DNA of 61,294 nt, counting the filler, from Methanobacteriota archaeon (GTDB lineage Archaea > JACRDV01), in NCBI GenBank assembly GCA_024860865.1. It is 5 parts of 5 records of this genome, joined end to end, with 100 filler letters (N's around TTAATTAATTAA, not from the genome) between each part and the next. Parts side by side here need not be neighbours in the genome. Positions count along the whole stretch, not along the records: positions 1 to 16,712 come from JACRDV010000050.1; 4 more parts are not named here. The stretch is one strand, 5' to 3'. Made by a program: the position numbers and the translations under genes. Below, piece after piece: positions 1 through 11,072 of this stretch; positions within the stretch are counted from its first letter, which is position 1; every line of letters starts with the position of its first letter. The notes beneath the pieces were generated by a model. That model was given only the letters and a program-made list of their open reading frames with translations. It made no database searches and had not been told where the DNA came from.

Positions 1-131
1 AGAGAGCCTTTCCCAAAAATCCTATCTCAATGCCTCAGTAAAGTTCGAGAATTTCTACTTTTCTGACTATATTCTGGCATATGTCGGACTATTTCTTTCA
101 AAAGCTAGAAAATTGAATTTGAAAAAACGCA

Positions 132-665
132 AAACTTTAGTTTTCAAATAAAAAAGTACGCTCGAAAAGCTGGATTAAAGAAAGAGATATCTCCACACAG
201 CTTTAGGCATGAAGAGCCACGCATTTGGCAACTGTTTTAACCGAAGCACAAATGAGAGAGTTCTTCGGATGGACTAAAGATAGCGATATGTCTTCAATCT
301 ACGTCCATCTGAGCGGAAGAGATGTTGATGAAACTCTATTCAAGCACTATGGAGTCGATTTAGAAGAAGAAATTAAGAAAGAAGAATCGCCAACCAAGCC
401 AAAAACTTGTCCTAGATGTAAATTTGTCAATTCACCAGCAGCAAAGTTCTGTATGCAGTGCTCAGCAGTTTTGGGCATCAAAACAGCTATTGAGTTAGAA
501 AGCAGAGAAAGGGAGTACACTGATATCCGAACGCAAATAACGCAAGAAACTATTAAACGAGTGCCTGACGTACTGGCAGACATTCTCAAAGACCTAGACC
601 TAGAAGAAAAAATCTTAAATCTTAACCAGGGTTTGCAAGCAACCTTGGATAAAAGGAGTAGATAG
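132..665 (+). pseudogene. Tyrosine recombinase/integrase C-terminal fragment with zinc ribbon, frameshifted
   Basis: KKYARKAGLKKEISPHSFRH is read in one frame. After a 1-nt loss near 211 it continues RATHLATVLTEAQMREFFGW...IYVHLS (catalytic Tyr) and a CPRC...CMQC ribbon. No intact N-terminus is visible. Confidence 0.75.
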
Positions 666-1009
666 CAGTATTTTTTTTATTCTACTTGCAATAGTTATTA
701 GTGTGCTTGCTGTGTCAATGTATACTGCAAACTTAGAAAGCAAGCCATCCTAATTAGAATATACTTGCAAGGAGCGACTAAGCTTTTTATTTTGAAAAAA
801 TAGCTCCAAAGTGAAGAAAGCAGCTAAAATTTAATTTTTAAAATTTAAAAAATTGAAAGGGAATAAAACTGCCCAAATATAACTTTTACCCGATTAAACA
901 TTTAAATGGAATAATACCTAAAATAATAAGACTAATTTAGACCATTAATTTATATTTAATACTAAGGATGAATGCTACTTATTGTTGTTATACACATAAT
1001 GGTGATATA

Positions 1010-2869
1010 ATGCCAACCAGAGCAGCCTATAAACGTGGATATAAAGCCGGGAAATCGAAGGGAAAGGATACTACAGTCTGGTGCGAAGGTTGTGGAAGAA
1101 AGTTTCCCAGACATAAAGCCTTTTTAGGTCGCAAATCTTTCCGTATCTTCGATCCAGCCTTGAGCAGGATTATTGATAGAAGCCAGGTTGAAGTAGAGCA
1201 ATATAAGGTGTACTATTGCCCTAAATGCGCGAGGTATTTGGGAATTGTTGAGCCAAGCGGCAGAAGAGCTGAGATACGGGCAATTAAACCCATACTTGCA
1301 AAGTCTAGATTAACCGCTGGAGACATAGTTACATTTTATGTTCCTGAAATTCTATACCGAGGCGGATCCTACACTATTGGCGTTAGCGTCCGCAATAAAA
1401 GTGCGAGTCACGGCAGATTTGTAGTTTTACCGGGCACGATTATACATGGACTTGGTATATCTCCAAATGAAAAGAGGATATTTCTGAAAGCTGGTGGCTC
1501 TGATGCAGTGGCATTTGCGCTCCAAGTTAGGCCAGAAGCGCTAGAAAATGAAAGAGTGCCGATAAGTTTTAATCTAAAGAGTGAAGATGGGCGAATTTTT
1601 GACTCAAAGATAAAATACATTTCAATTAAAACTCCTGAAGTCATGCCAATTGAAGCAGTTAAGGAGATTACAATACTCAAGCAAATAGATAAAGCTGATA
1701 TTGAACTCAACAAAGTTGCGAATGTTACTTTGACTGCAGTAAATCCAGAAAATATTGAGTTAGTTAGCGTGGCAATTGCTGATCATATTCCTGAGATTTT
1801 TAAATTAGTTAATGGAAAAAACGTTTGGACTGGTAAGCTTAAGCCAGGCAAAAGCAAGCAAATTACATATAGAATTAAGGCAACAGCAGCCGGCGCATTT
1901 GAACTCCCACCAGCAGTTTTAACATATGAAGATGAAAAAGGAAACAAGAAAGAACTTAGATCAAAACCGATTAAAATCCAAGTTTCGCAACCACAGCCAA
2001 AAATAATTTTACCTACAATTTATGCGATGTATAATCCAGACGGGAAATTAACTTTAGTCAACCTTCAAAATATTGGGAGAGATTTAGCTAAAGAGGTTAA
2101 TGCTAAAATAATTTTAACACCACTTTCTGGAGAATTAATTGAAGCTGAAGGCAGAGCCCGTGCGCGCGACATTAGACCAGAAAGTTCACTTGAAATAAAA
2201 TTTGAACTTCCAGAACTAAAAGACTTATTTTATCCTTTTGAGTTAAAAGTTAATTACCAAAGTGAAGATGGAGTTCAATATTCAGAAGCATTTAATGGCT
2301 ATATGCTTTATGATATTTCAGCTAAGGTCTCTGCATATACTAAGTTTTTGCAAGGAGATAATGCTCAGCTCAAACCCTATGTAATGCTTAAAACTTCTGC
2401 TATTAAAGAAACAAATCAAATTGTTGAATCTTTTTATAAAGTCGTAACTGAAGGGACGGTGTATACCGAGACAACTGAAGGTATAGAACCCCAAGGATTA
2501 TTGATGCGAATCATATCACCACTAAAAAAGAGACCAGTTGCTTCTTGCTTTGATAGAAGTTTTCTGTTAGCGAGTTTATTAAATGCAAAAGGTCAGTCAG
2601 CTCGTGTAATTATGGGTTACATTTTGAATGGAAGATGGACCAAGCACGCTTGGGTTGAAGTGCACTATGGGAATAGATGGATACCGTTAGAAACAACTTT
2701 GAGCGCTAAAGAACTGCATAGACAGCTAACTAAGTCTGTATATGAAGATGGAAAGTATCTTCCAGTTATAGCCTTGCAAAGGGATGCATCGACTCAATGG
2801 AATCTAAAAACTAGATTTCACGAGAGATTTGAGGAATCAATAAAGAGACTTAAAAGTGAAATAAAATGA
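1010..2869 (+). CDS. Fusion: ribosomal protein eS26-like zinc domain + Ig-like beta-sandwich domains + transglutaminase-like domain
   Basis: ATG at 1010 follows a GGTGA SD. N-terminus MPTR...CEGCGRKFPRHKA...DPAL...YYCPKCARYLGIV matches the S26e pattern. The middle is beta-rich (BatD/CARDB-like). The C-terminus has SCFDRSFLLASLL...KHAWVEV...WIPLETT. Confidence 0.75.
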   Translation: MPTRAAYKRGYKAGKSKGKDTTVWCEGCGRKFPRHKAFLGRKSFRIFDPALSRIIDRSQVEVEQYKVYYCPKCARYLGIVEPSGRRAEIRAIKPILAKSRLTAGDIVTFYVPEILYRGGSYTIGVSVRNKSASHGRFVVLPGTIIHGLGISPNEKRIFLKAGGSDAVAFALQVRPEALENERVPISFNLKSEDGRIFDSKIKYISIKTPEVMPIEAVKEITILKQIDKADIELNKVANVTLTAVNPENIELVSVAIADHIPEIFKLVNGKNVWTGKLKPGKSKQITYRIKATAAGAFELPPAVLTYEDEKGNKKELRSKPIKIQVSQPQPKIILPTIYAMYNPDGKLTLVNLQNIGRDLAKEVNAKIILTPLSGELIEAEGRARARDIRPESSLEIKFELPELKDLFYPFELKVNYQSEDGVQYSEAFNGYMLYDISAKVSAYTKFLQGDNAQLKPYVMLKTSAIKETNQIVESFYKVVTEGTVYTETTEGIEPQGLLMRIISPLKKRPVASCFDRSFLLASLLNAKGQSARVIMGYILNGRWTKHAWVEVHYGNRWIPLETTLSAKELHRQLTKSVYEDGKYLPVIALQRDASTQWNLKTRFHERFEESIKRLKSEIK

Positions 2870-3408
2870 TTCCAGTTCGTGAAGTAATGACAAGACGCGT
2901 AGTTACGGTTAGGCTAGGAACAACTATTTCTGATGCTGCAAAGATTATGAGCGAACGCAGGGTTGGAGGAGTTATAGTTTTAGAAGATAAAATTCCAGTT
3001 GGTATTGTAACTGAGCGCGATATTTTGCTTCATATAGTAGCTCCTGGAAAGAATCCAAATAAAATTCGAGTTAAAGAGATAATGTCTTCTCCGGTTATTA
3101 CAATTGACAAAGAAACTGACATTAACGAAGCAGCAAAACTAATGAAAAAAGCAGAAATTCGAAGACTACCTGTTGTAGAGCGAGGAAAGCTTGTTGGCAT
3201 TGTAACTTCAGCTGACATAATGGCAGTGACTCCAGCTCTAAATGAAATTTTGCTCGAAATGATTAAAACAAAGGCTGATATCGAACCAAAATCAGAAGAA
3301 ATAAAAGGTCCAGGAATTTGCGAAAATTGCGGGAGCTATGTTGAATCATTAGATGAAGTTGATGGCAAGTGGGTTTGCGAAGATTGTAGAGAGGAATTGG
3401 TAGGATAG
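2866..3408 (+). CDS. CBS-pair protein with C-terminal zinc ribbon
   Basis: Two CBS repeats (VGIVTERDI, LVGIVTSADI) and GICENCG...VCEDCRE. Confidence 0.9.
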   Translation: MIPVREVMTRRVVTVRLGTTISDAAKIMSERRVGGVIVLEDKIPVGIVTERDILLHIVAPGKNPNKIRVKEIMSSPVITIDKETDINEAAKLMKKAEIRRLPVVERGKLVGIVTSADIMAVTPALNEILLEMIKTKADIEPKSEEIKGPGICENCGSYVESLDEVDGKWVCEDCREELVG

Positions 3409-3520
3409 CCAACATCAATTTTGGCGATCTGATGCACTTTAATGCAGAATCCAGTTCAAATGGCTAAATAGATACATAAAAGGAAATTGTACTAAGTAAT
3501 GTTTCTTATTTGGTGAGATT

Positions 3521-4540
3521 TTGTTTCGAATTATTCTATTTTTTTTAGTTATAAGCTTGTTTTTATCAAATCTTGGGTTGGCGCAAGAATCAATCGTTCC
3601 AATTTATACAGTCGATGTAGAAATAGATGAAATTGGAAAAGTTTTGATTAATGAAACATGGGTATTTCTAAATATTGGGAATAAAACATTTGCCCCAAAT
3701 ATATTGTTCCAAAAAAGAGGTAATTTACTTTCGACTGAATCAACTCTTGAATTAAACATTAGCCAAACCAACGAGGGTTTTCTTTTAGAATTTAATCCCT
3801 TCCACAAGCCAATTTTTCCCAAAAATTTTTCAATTATGAAAATAGCTTATATTCGAGACGATTTAGTTTTTGCTACTAATTTTACATATCTTTTTCGCCT
3901 AGATATAGGAGACTCTCCACTGCCAATTTACAACACTGATATAAAAATTAAACTGCCTTTTAATTTTCAAGCCGGTCTAATTGAACCCCCTCCATTAAGT
4001 AGATTGTTAGAAAAAAATCGTCAAATCATCAGTTACTTTATAAGAAGTCTTGCTCCAACTGGAAAATTTATAATTCAGATAAAATACGGAAAATTTAGAC
4101 AAATGAGTCTTGAATCTATTGCTAAAGCTGAGGATAGCTTAAAAAAAGCAAATGTTTCTTTAATTGAAATAAAAGAGTTAATAACAAAAAATAATTTGAC
4201 TTCTTTAATCCAAGATTTCAAAACTACAAACGAAACATTTTTCCGCGCAAAGTACATTTTAAACGAATCGAAAATACTATATCAAACAGAACAATATCAA
4301 GACTCACTTGACTCTGCAAGCTCAGGATATCAACTTGCAAACATAGTGATTGATAGAGCTAATGCAATTAAAACAACAGCATTTGTCCTTCAGCAAGAAA
4401 GTACAGAAAAAGAGATCGAAAGTTTAAAAGAAAAATTAAAAAATATAGAGAAAACAAGAAATGTCATGATTTTGTTATTTGTATTAGTGATTTTTTCAGC
4501 CGCAGTAATAGTTTTAGTCAAAAGGAAAGGAGGGGATTAG
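3521..4540 (+). CDS. Membrane-anchored cell-surface protein
   Basis: N-terminal signal peptide, beta-rich domain, helical region and C-terminal TM helix followed by a basic tail. Confidence 0.7.
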   Translation: MFRIILFFLVISLFLSNLGLAQESIVPIYTVDVEIDEIGKVLINETWVFLNIGNKTFAPNILFQKRGNLLSTESTLELNISQTNEGFLLEFNPFHKPIFPKNFSIMKIAYIRDDLVFATNFTYLFRLDIGDSPLPIYNTDIKIKLPFNFQAGLIEPPPLSRLLEKNRQIISYFIRSLAPTGKFIIQIKYGKFRQMSLESIAKAEDSLKKANVSLIEIKELITKNNLTSLIQDFKTTNETFFRAKYILNESKILYQTEQYQDSLDSASSGYQLANIVIDRANAIKTTAFVLQQESTEKEIESLKEKLKNIEKTRNVMILLFVLVIFSAAVIVLVKRKGGD

Positions 4541-4541
4541 C

Positions 4542-4619
4542 ACGAGGGCTAAATGGCGGAAAAAGAAAGCTAGAAGATTGAAAGCAAAAAGAAAGCGGGC
4601 ACGCGGAGAAAAGCGCTAG
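4542..4619 (+). CDS. rpl41e: Ribosomal protein eL41 (L41e), ACG start
   Basis: Translates (M)RAKWRKKKARRLKAKRKRARGEKR*, matching the eL41 pattern MRAKWRKKR..RRLK.KR. A GGAGG SD lies upstream. The first codon is ACG. Absent from the ORF track. Confidence 0.85.
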   Translation, partial: TRAKWRKKKARRLKAKRKRARGEKR

Positions 4620-4804
4620 TTTGAATTTATTTCGCCCTTTAAAATTTCTAATTTTGGGCTTTTAGCCCATTTTAGATTATTTTTCTAGAATTTTAAAATT
4701 GAACTCATTTGATATTTTTCCATTTAGTCGCATAAATAACCACATATTATTTAATGTTTATCCGATAAATAAGCTTAATTTAGTATTATAATTGGTGAGA
4801 ACCT

Positions 4805-4999
4805 TTGAGAGTAGCTGGAATTTGTGCTATTTGTGGAAAGGTAGTGCAATCTTTTAATACTTGTATGCTTTGTGGTCGGAATGTTTGTAACGAATGTTTT
4901 AATTATATCACTGGAACTTGTAAGAGGTGTGTTCCCGTTCACCAACAAAGAAAAGAAGAAATAAAAAACCAGGATGAGCATCCATACGCTAATTTTTAA
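4805..4999 (+). CDS. Small Cys-rich zinc-finger protein
   Basis: Four CxxC motifs in 64 aa, TTG start after a GGTGA SD, directly upstream of cdc48. Confidence 0.7.
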   Translation: MRVAGICAICGKVVQSFNTCMLCGRNVCNECFNYITGTCKRCVPVHQQRKEEIKNQDEHPYANF

Positions 5000-5022
5000 T
5001 CAAAGAAGAGCTTAATAATAAT

Positions 5023-7314
5023 TTGAGGGATAGTTTGGCAGAAGAAATTCAACTTCGAGTTGCTGAAGCACTGCAGCCAGATGTTGGAAAAGGTATAATC
5101 CGAATTGATAAGAAGTCACGTGATGAAATTGGGGTTAAGACAGGGGAAATAATTGAGATAACTGGTAAAAGAACCACAGGAGCCATTGTTGGAGAAGCTC
5201 AACCCGCGGACGTTGGATTGAGTATTATCCGAATGGATGGTTTAACCAGAGCGAATGCAGGCACTAGCATCGGCGAGATTATTGCGATTAAAAAAGCAGA
5301 TGTAAAAGAAGCGAAAAAGATTGTACTAGCACCAGCGATGAAAGGCGTTCATATAGTGGTTCCTGGTGATTTGCTTCTTCGCAACCTAATGGGTCGAGTT
5401 GTAGCTAGGGGCGATATAGTAATGCCGATTAGCCCAAGGCGAACTCGCGAGACGTATAGAGAGTTTGCCCCCTCATTTTTTGAAGATTTTTTTGGGGAAG
5501 GTTTCGAATTTGGCCCAATGCCTTTTGCCCTTGGTGAGATTAAATTTACAGTAGTTTCAACTTCACCAAGCGGAATTGTTCGGATTACAGATATGACAGA
5601 AATTGAAGTTCATCCAGAAGCAGTTGAAGTAGTTGAAAAGAAAGTTCCTGAAGTCAGCTATGAGGACATAGGCGGCATGAAAGAAGAAATTCGAAGAGTA
5701 AGGGAAATGATTGAGCTGCCCCTCCGCCATCCAGAATTGTTTGATAGGCTTGGAATCGAGCCTCCTAAAGGAGTTTTGCTGCATGGACCGCCAGGCACAG
5801 GCAAAACTCTGATTGCCAAAGCATTAGCCAACGAGTCTGAAGCTCATTTCATTTCAATTGCGGGTCCAGAGATTATGTCAAAATATTATGGCGAGTCCGA
5901 GCAGAGACTTCGAGAAGTTTTTAAAGAGGCTGAAGAAAGTGCTCCCAGCATAATATTTCTTGATGAGATCGATTCAATTGCACCAAGGCGAGAAGAAGTT
6001 ACTGGAGAAGTTGAGCGAAGAGTTGTTGCGCAGTTGCTATCTCTAATGGACGGTTTAAAAGAGCGCGGGCAAGTTATTGTTATAGGAGCAACAAATCGGC
6101 TTGATGCAGTCGATCCTGCTCTTCGAAGGCCTGGAAGGTTCGACCGTGAGATTGAGTTAAGAGTGCCTGACAGAGAAGGGAGAAAAGAGATAATTCAAAT
6201 TCACACTAGATCAATGCCGTTAACCGATGATGTTAGCCTTGATGAGCTATCAAATATCACTCATGGTTTCGTTGGAGCTGACTTAGCAGCTCTCTGTCGT
6301 GAAGCAGCAATGATTACTCTTCGCAGAGTTTTACCCGAGATAGATTTTAAACAGAAAGTAATTCCTAAAGAGGTAATTGAGAAACTTATAGTTACAAAGC
6401 AAGACTTCATGGAAGCTTTGAAAGGCATTGGACCATCGGCACTTCGCGAAGTTCTAGTTGAAGTACCAAATGTGCACTGGGAGGACATAGGAGGTCTTGA
6501 AAGTGTAAAACAAGCGCTAAGAGAAGCTGTTGAATGGCCTCTAAAATATCCAGACGCTTTTAGAAAAATTGGAGTGCGCGCACCTAAAGGGATTTTATTG
6601 TTTGGGCCACCTGGAACTGGAAAAACTATGCTTGTAAAGGCTGTTGCCACAGAAAGCGAAGCGAATTTTATTTCAGTTAAAGGCAGCGAATTATTGAGCA
6701 AATGGTTTGGGGAAACTGAAAAACGAATTTCTGAAGTTTTTAAAAAGGCCAAACAAACGGCTCCCACTGTGGTCTTTTTCGATGAAATGGACGCTATTGC
6801 TCCTATGCGTGGAACATCAGTTGGTGAACCCAGGGTGGTAGAGCGTATGGTAAACACGCTTCTCTCAGAAATGGATGGCCTAGAAGAACTCCGTGGAGTT
6901 GTGGTAATTGGAGCTACTAACCGGCCTGACATAGTTGATCCGGCTTTATTGCGACCAGGTCGATTCGATGAGTTAATCTTAGCACACGCTCCAGATAGAC
7001 GGGCACGTTTAGAAATATTTAAGGTTCATATGAAAGGAATGTCTTTAGCTGAAGATGTTGATTCAGAGAAGTTTGCTAACGTGACTGAAGGATATACCGG
7101 GGCTGATATAGCCGCTGTTTGCCGTAAGGCAGGTATGCTAGCGCTCCGTGAGGATATTAAATCGGAAAAGGTTTATATGCGACATTTCGAAGAAGCATTG
7201 AAGAAAGTTGGCCCCTCATTGACCACAGAGTTAGTAAGATGGTATGAACGTCTTGGAAAAGATATTGAACGAGGAAAACCCAGGAAGCGAGAAGAAGCAG
7301 TTGAAGTATATTGA
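5023..7314 (+). CDS. cdc48: CDC48/VCP family AAA ATPase
   Basis: N-domain plus two AAA modules (GPPGTGKT twice, [14 protein letters not shown]). Confidence 0.97.
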   Translation: MRDSLAEEIQLRVAEALQPDVGKGIIRIDKKSRDEIGVKTGEIIEITGKRTTGAIVGEAQPADVGLSIIRMDGLTRANAGTSIGEIIAIKKADVKEAKKIVLAPAMKGVHIVVPGDLLLRNLMGRVVARGDIVMPISPRRTRETYREFAPSFFEDFFGEGFEFGPMPFALGEIKFTVVSTSPSGIVRITDMTEIEVHPEAVEVVEKKVPEVSYEDIGGMKEEIRRVREMIELPLRHPELFDRLGIEPPKGVLLHGPPGTGKTLIAKALANESEAHFISIAGPEIMSKYYGESEQRLREVFKEAEESAPSIIFLDEIDSIAPRREEVTGEVERRVVAQLLSLMDGLKERGQVIVIGATNRLDAVDPALRRPGRFDREIELRVPDREGRKEIIQIHTRSMPLTDDVSLDELSNITHGFVGADLAALCREAAMITLRRVLPEIDFKQKVIPKEVIEKLIVTKQDFMEALKGIGPSALREVLVEVPNVHWEDIGGLESVKQALREAVEWPLKYPDAFRKIGVRAPKGILLFGPPGTGKTMLVKAVATESEANFISVKGSELLSKWFGETEKRISEVFKKAKQTAPTVVFFDEMDAIAPMRGTSVGEPRVVERMVNTLLSEMDGLEELRGVVVIGATNRPDIVDPALLRPGRFDELILAHAPDRRARLEIFKVHMKGMSLAEDVDSEKFANVTEGYTGADIAAVCRKAGMLALREDIKSEKVYMRHFEEALKKVGPSLTTELVRWYERLGKDIERGKPRKREEAVEVY

Positions 7315-7317
7315 GGA

Positions 7318-8064
7318 TTGTTGATGGTAGAAGATATAGATCGCGTGAGAACTGGTGTACCCGGATTGGATGATATTTTAAATGGCGGATACCCCAAAGG
7401 TTTAGTAATTTTAATCTCTGGCGGAGCCGGAACCGGCAAAAGTATCTACGGTATCCAATTTTTATACACAGGTATTACCAAGTACGAGGAAAATGGCATT
7501 TTGGTGGCTGTTGAGGAGCGACCGCGAGACATCCGGCGTTACATGCTTGGGTTTGGCTGGGATCTTAAAAAACTTGAAGATCAAAATAAGCTCGCAATCA
7601 TAGATGCCTCAGCTGCGAGGCTTGGAATTCCTAGCGGAGAAAAGTATGTGGAGATGCGGCCTTTTGAGCTCGATTCTTTAATAACTACAATCAATAAGAT
7701 AGTAGAAAAAATGAATGCGAAACGCTTAGTAATCGATTCTATTCCATCCCTCTTTTTACAATTTGAACATGAGCTAGCTATACGAAGAGAAATTCTTAGA
7801 CTCGGAAGTCTTGTAGCTGAAACTGGTTGTACAACCATTTTGACGACTGAAGTGGAAGCAGGAGAGAGCAGGCTCAGCAAATTTGGGGTTGAGGAATTCA
7901 TCTGCCAAGGACTTATTCAGTTATTCATGAGGGAACGCGGAAACGAAATGAAGAGAAGTTTAGTAGTTCGGAAGATGAGAGGAACTAAGCATAGTACGCG
8001 AAGATATCCCTTTGACATCACACCAAGTGGAATTGCTGTATTTCCGGGCGAAGAGGTTTATTAG
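7318..8064 (+). CDS. KaiC-like RecA-superfamily ATPase
   Basis: TGVPGLDDILNGG, GGAGTGKS, RLVIDSI, KMRGTKHS. Confidence 0.9.
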   Translation: MLMVEDIDRVRTGVPGLDDILNGGYPKGLVILISGGAGTGKSIYGIQFLYTGITKYEENGILVAVEERPRDIRRYMLGFGWDLKKLEDQNKLAIIDASAARLGIPSGEKYVEMRPFELDSLITTINKIVEKMNAKRLVIDSIPSLFLQFEHELAIRREILRLGSLVAETGCTTILTTEVEAGESRLSKFGVEEFICQGLIQLFMRERGNEMKRSLVVRKMRGTKHSTRRYPFDITPSGIAVFPGEEVY

Positions 8065-8144
8065 CGGCCATTTTTACTTTTTTTAGATTTATTTATTATC
8101 ACTTTTTTGGAATTAAGCCTCGATTAGCAGAGTTATTAAATTAC

Positions 8145-9026
8145 TTGGGAATTCTAATGAAAATTGGTCTGATAACTTGGAAAGTTGACGAAAAAAACTA
8201 TTATGCTATCTCTCGTTTAAAAAAAAGTATTCAGAAGTTTAGAGCGCGACCAATTCAGATTGATTTATCGAATGTTTTGCTTGGAATTACTTCCTCACTT
8301 GAATTCTATAATAAGTCAGAAAAAATTGATCGAATAGATGTTGCTCTAGCCAGAATTACTGCACGAGATTTTTTTGTTATAGATGCACTCAAAAAACTTG
8401 AAGCTCAAAAGACCATAGTGATAAACCAAGCTCAAGTTTTTGAGAAAGCGTACGACAAATTTAGGACTAGTTTAGCCTTAAAGCAAGCAGGATTGCCAAT
8501 CCCCAAAACATATCTCACTAGGAGTTATGAGCAAGCCGTGGAAGCAATAAAAAAAATTGGAACACCTGTTGTATTTAAGCCAACCACTGGCGCTGGAGGT
8601 CAAGGTATTGTTAAAGCTCAAATTTTTGAGGATGCCTGTTCAATTGCTGAGATTTTGGCTAACATAGAGTCTCCGCTTTATATACAAGAGTTGATTCCAA
8701 CCGACCGAGACATTCGAACATTTGTTATTGGAGATGAAGTAATTTCTGCCATTTATCGAGTTGCTGCAAAAAGTTGGAAGACAAGTATCAGCCAAGGAGG
8801 TCGAGCTGAACTTTGCCCATTAACTGATGAACTGACAAACCTCAGCATTAAGGCTGCTAAAGCAATAGGTGCTGAAATTGCAGGGATAGATTTGATTGAA
8901 AGCAAAGATGGATATAAAATTTTAGAAGTGAATACGAGCCCCGGCTTCAGAGGAATCATCAAAGCAACAAAAATCAATCCATCTGATGCAATCGTTAAAT
9001 ACGCCATTTCAAGGGCTAAAAAATAG
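8145..9026 (+). CDS. RimK/LysX-family ATP-grasp ligase
   Basis: VFKP...G.GG.G, YIQE, DIRTFVIG, GIDL, LEVN.SPG. Confidence 0.9.
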   Translation: MGILMKIGLITWKVDEKNYYAISRLKKSIQKFRARPIQIDLSNVLLGITSSLEFYNKSEKIDRIDVALARITARDFFVIDALKKLEAQKTIVINQAQVFEKAYDKFRTSLALKQAGLPIPKTYLTRSYEQAVEAIKKIGTPVVFKPTTGAGGQGIVKAQIFEDACSIAEILANIESPLYIQELIPTDRDIRTFVIGDEVISAIYRVAAKSWKTSISQGGRAELCPLTDELTNLSIKAAKAIGAEIAGIDLIESKDGYKILEVNTSPGFRGIIKATKINPSDAIVKYAISRAKK

Positions 9027-9110
9027 TTTTTTCTTACTTTTAATATAATAGTTAATTGCACGAGCAAAATAAGAGATAAAAATTTCTCCAAATTATATTA
9101 TTTAAGAAAA

Positions 9111-9449
9111 TTAACGTAAGATCATTTTAAAGAAATACCCGCGTGGAGTATAATGATAGTGATATTGGCCTAAGAGCTTCCGTCTAAAAATTTTAAAATC
9201 TTCTATGTGGAGTTCAAAATGAGGAAAAAGATGATGCTTGAAGGATTTGCCGGCCAGCAGAATGCCAGCAACTATTAGAGCAAATCCCATGATCCACCCA
9301 AAAATCAGCACGAATGGAATGAGACCAAACAATCCTAGAGAAACTAAAAATGAGGAAGTTGGGATTTCCCAACTCGGCACTCCTGGCGATATTATCGCCC
9401 CAGCTGATATAAGTATACCGCCCAACTTGATATTTTTCATAGTCTCCAC
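9111..9449 (-). CDS. Hypothetical membrane protein
   Basis: ORF downstream of ftsZ with hydrophobic helices. Confidence 0.5.
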   Translation of the reverse strand: METMKNIKLGGILISAGAIISPGVPSWEIPTSSFLVSLGLFGLIPFVLIFGWIMGFALIVAGILLAGKSFKHHLFPHFELHIEDFKIFRRKLLGQYHYHYTPRGYFFKMILR

Positions 9450-9499
9450 TACTTTTGAATTGAAATTTTAAATAAAATAAAAAATAAAAAAGAAAAAAA

Positions 9500-10606
9500 T
9501 TAGATTGTTAGGAAATCTATCCCTGAACTAACTTGCCTACCGCTTGGACTCCATCCTTCGTGGGCAGATGGACTATGACCAAGAAGTTGCTTAGAATGAA
9601 CGCCTGTCATGATAACCATTATGCGAATCGTGCCTTCAAGGTCTTCTTGTATTCTTGCTCCCCAGATGACATTGGCATTTGGATCAAGCTCTTGAGTCAC
9701 TAATTCACCAATTTTGTTTGCTTCACCAAGGGTTAGATCAGGTCCACCGCTTATGTGAAGAAGTGCACCAACAGCTCCTTGGTAGTCAACATCTAGCAAT
9801 GGACAGTTCATAGCGTCTTTAACCACAGCCTCAACCCGGTTTTGAGCGTTAGATTCTCCAATTCCTATGCTCGAGACTCCACCGCCGCTCATTATTGCTT
9901 TCACATCGGCGTAGTCAAGATTTATTAGACTGGGAATGGTCACTGTTTCAGTTATACCTTTTACCGCTTGAGAAATAATTTCGTCAGCTACACTGAATGC
10001 CTGATCTAGTGGCAAATGGGGTACAAATTGGACTAATCTATTGTTATCAATTACAACTACAGTGTCTGCTGCTTTTCTCAGTTTTTCGATGCCCTCATCC
10101 GCTTTCTTTAGTCTAGCTCGCTCAATCGCGAAGGGATATGTTACCATTCCAATAACAATGCTGCCCATTTGTTTTGCAATCTCTGCAACAACTGGAGCTG
10201 ATCCTGTTCCTGTACCACCTCCCATACCGGCGGTTATAAAGACCATGTCAGCATCTTTCAGTAGCTCTTCAAAAGCTGGTCGTGCAAGTTCAGCCGCCTT
10301 TGCTCCAACCTCTGGATATCCACCAGCACCGAGTCCGCGAGTTAAGTTTTTGCCTATAAGGACTTTTTTATCAGCTTTAACAACATCAAGATGAACTTTA
10401 TCTGTATTGACTGCAATTAGATCTGCACCTTGGACACCTATCTTTGCTAATCGGTTGATTGTATTATTGCCACCTCCACCGCATCCGATGACAACAATCC
10501 TTGGAGTTCCGAAAAGTTCTGGCTCTTGGTCTCCAACACTTACGTCAGCTCTCTTCAATGCATCCTCATGTGCATGAGCCAATGCTTCTTCAATTATTGA
10601 TTTCAT
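9500..10606 (-). CDS. ftsZ: Cell division protein FtsZ (FtsZ2-like)
   Basis: [22 protein letters not shown]; preceded by a GGAGG SD. Confidence 0.97.
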   Translation of the reverse strand: MKSIIEEALAHAHEDALKRADVSVGDQEPELFGTPRIVVIGCGGGGNNTINRLAKIGVQGADLIAVNTDKVHLDVVKADKKVLIGKNLTRGLGAGGYPEVGAKAAELARPAFEELLKDADMVFITAGMGGGTGTGSAPVVAEIAKQMGSIVIGMVTYPFAIERARLKKADEGIEKLRKAADTVVVIDNNRLVQFVPHLPLDQAFSVADEIISQAVKGITETVTIPSLINLDYADVKAIMSGGGVSSIGIGESNAQNRVEAVVKDAMNCPLLDVDYQGAVGALLHISGGPDLTLGEANKIGELVTQELDPNANVIWGARIQEDLEGTIRIMVIMTGVHSKQLLGHSPSAHEGWSPSGRQVSSGIDFLTI

Positions 10607-10623
10607 TCGTTGACCTCCTCTAG

Positions 10624-10800
10624 TTAGGAAAACTCAGCAGCCTGAACATCTGTGACTGCAACTTCCGGTTTATGCCTAGTTAACAGCTCGCGAATTGCTT
10701 GACGAATGGCTTCACTCTTTGATGTGTATTCACCATCTTGAACTAACAAGTCGATTTGCTCAACTTGTCTTCTTGGAAGACGGATCGTGATTCGTTCCAT
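10624..10800 (-). CDS. cdrS: Ribbon-helix-helix regulator upstream of ftsZ (CdrS-like)
   Basis: MERITIRLP...[15 protein letters not shown] after a GAGGTGA SD, in the cdrS-ftsZ2 arrangement known from Euryarchaeota. Confidence 0.8.
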   Translation of the reverse strand: MERITIRLPRRQVEQIDLLVQDGEYTSKSEAIRQAIRELLTRHKPEVAVTDVQAAEFS

Positions 10801-11072
10801 TATTCGGTCACCTCTCCCTGTGTGAATGTGTGAATGAAATAGTGAACGAGCATTATATAAGCGTTTTGCGTTGTTTTTAAAAGAGCAAGCTTTAAATATA
10901 GTTAACAAATTTCTAATTTTGAAGTTAGAACTTAAATTTGCAAATCTTTTTAAGCATAATATTGAGCAAAGTTGCATATGACAGTAGTCAGACAGAAAAC
11001 TACTTACGAATGCTGTTAACAAGTAAATATGTAAATAAAACTGAATTTGTTGATAGTGAAGTTGTGAGTCGA

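Noticed and set aside
190-240. Integrase frameshift as a possible intron or programmed frameshift
   Set aside because: It is a 1-nt loss with no hairpin or slippery run, and the gene is also 5'-truncated.
6261-6932. Long antisense ORFs (also 10041-10394, 43720-44211, 57420-57875)
   Set aside because: They are shadows of well-supported genes on the opposite strand.
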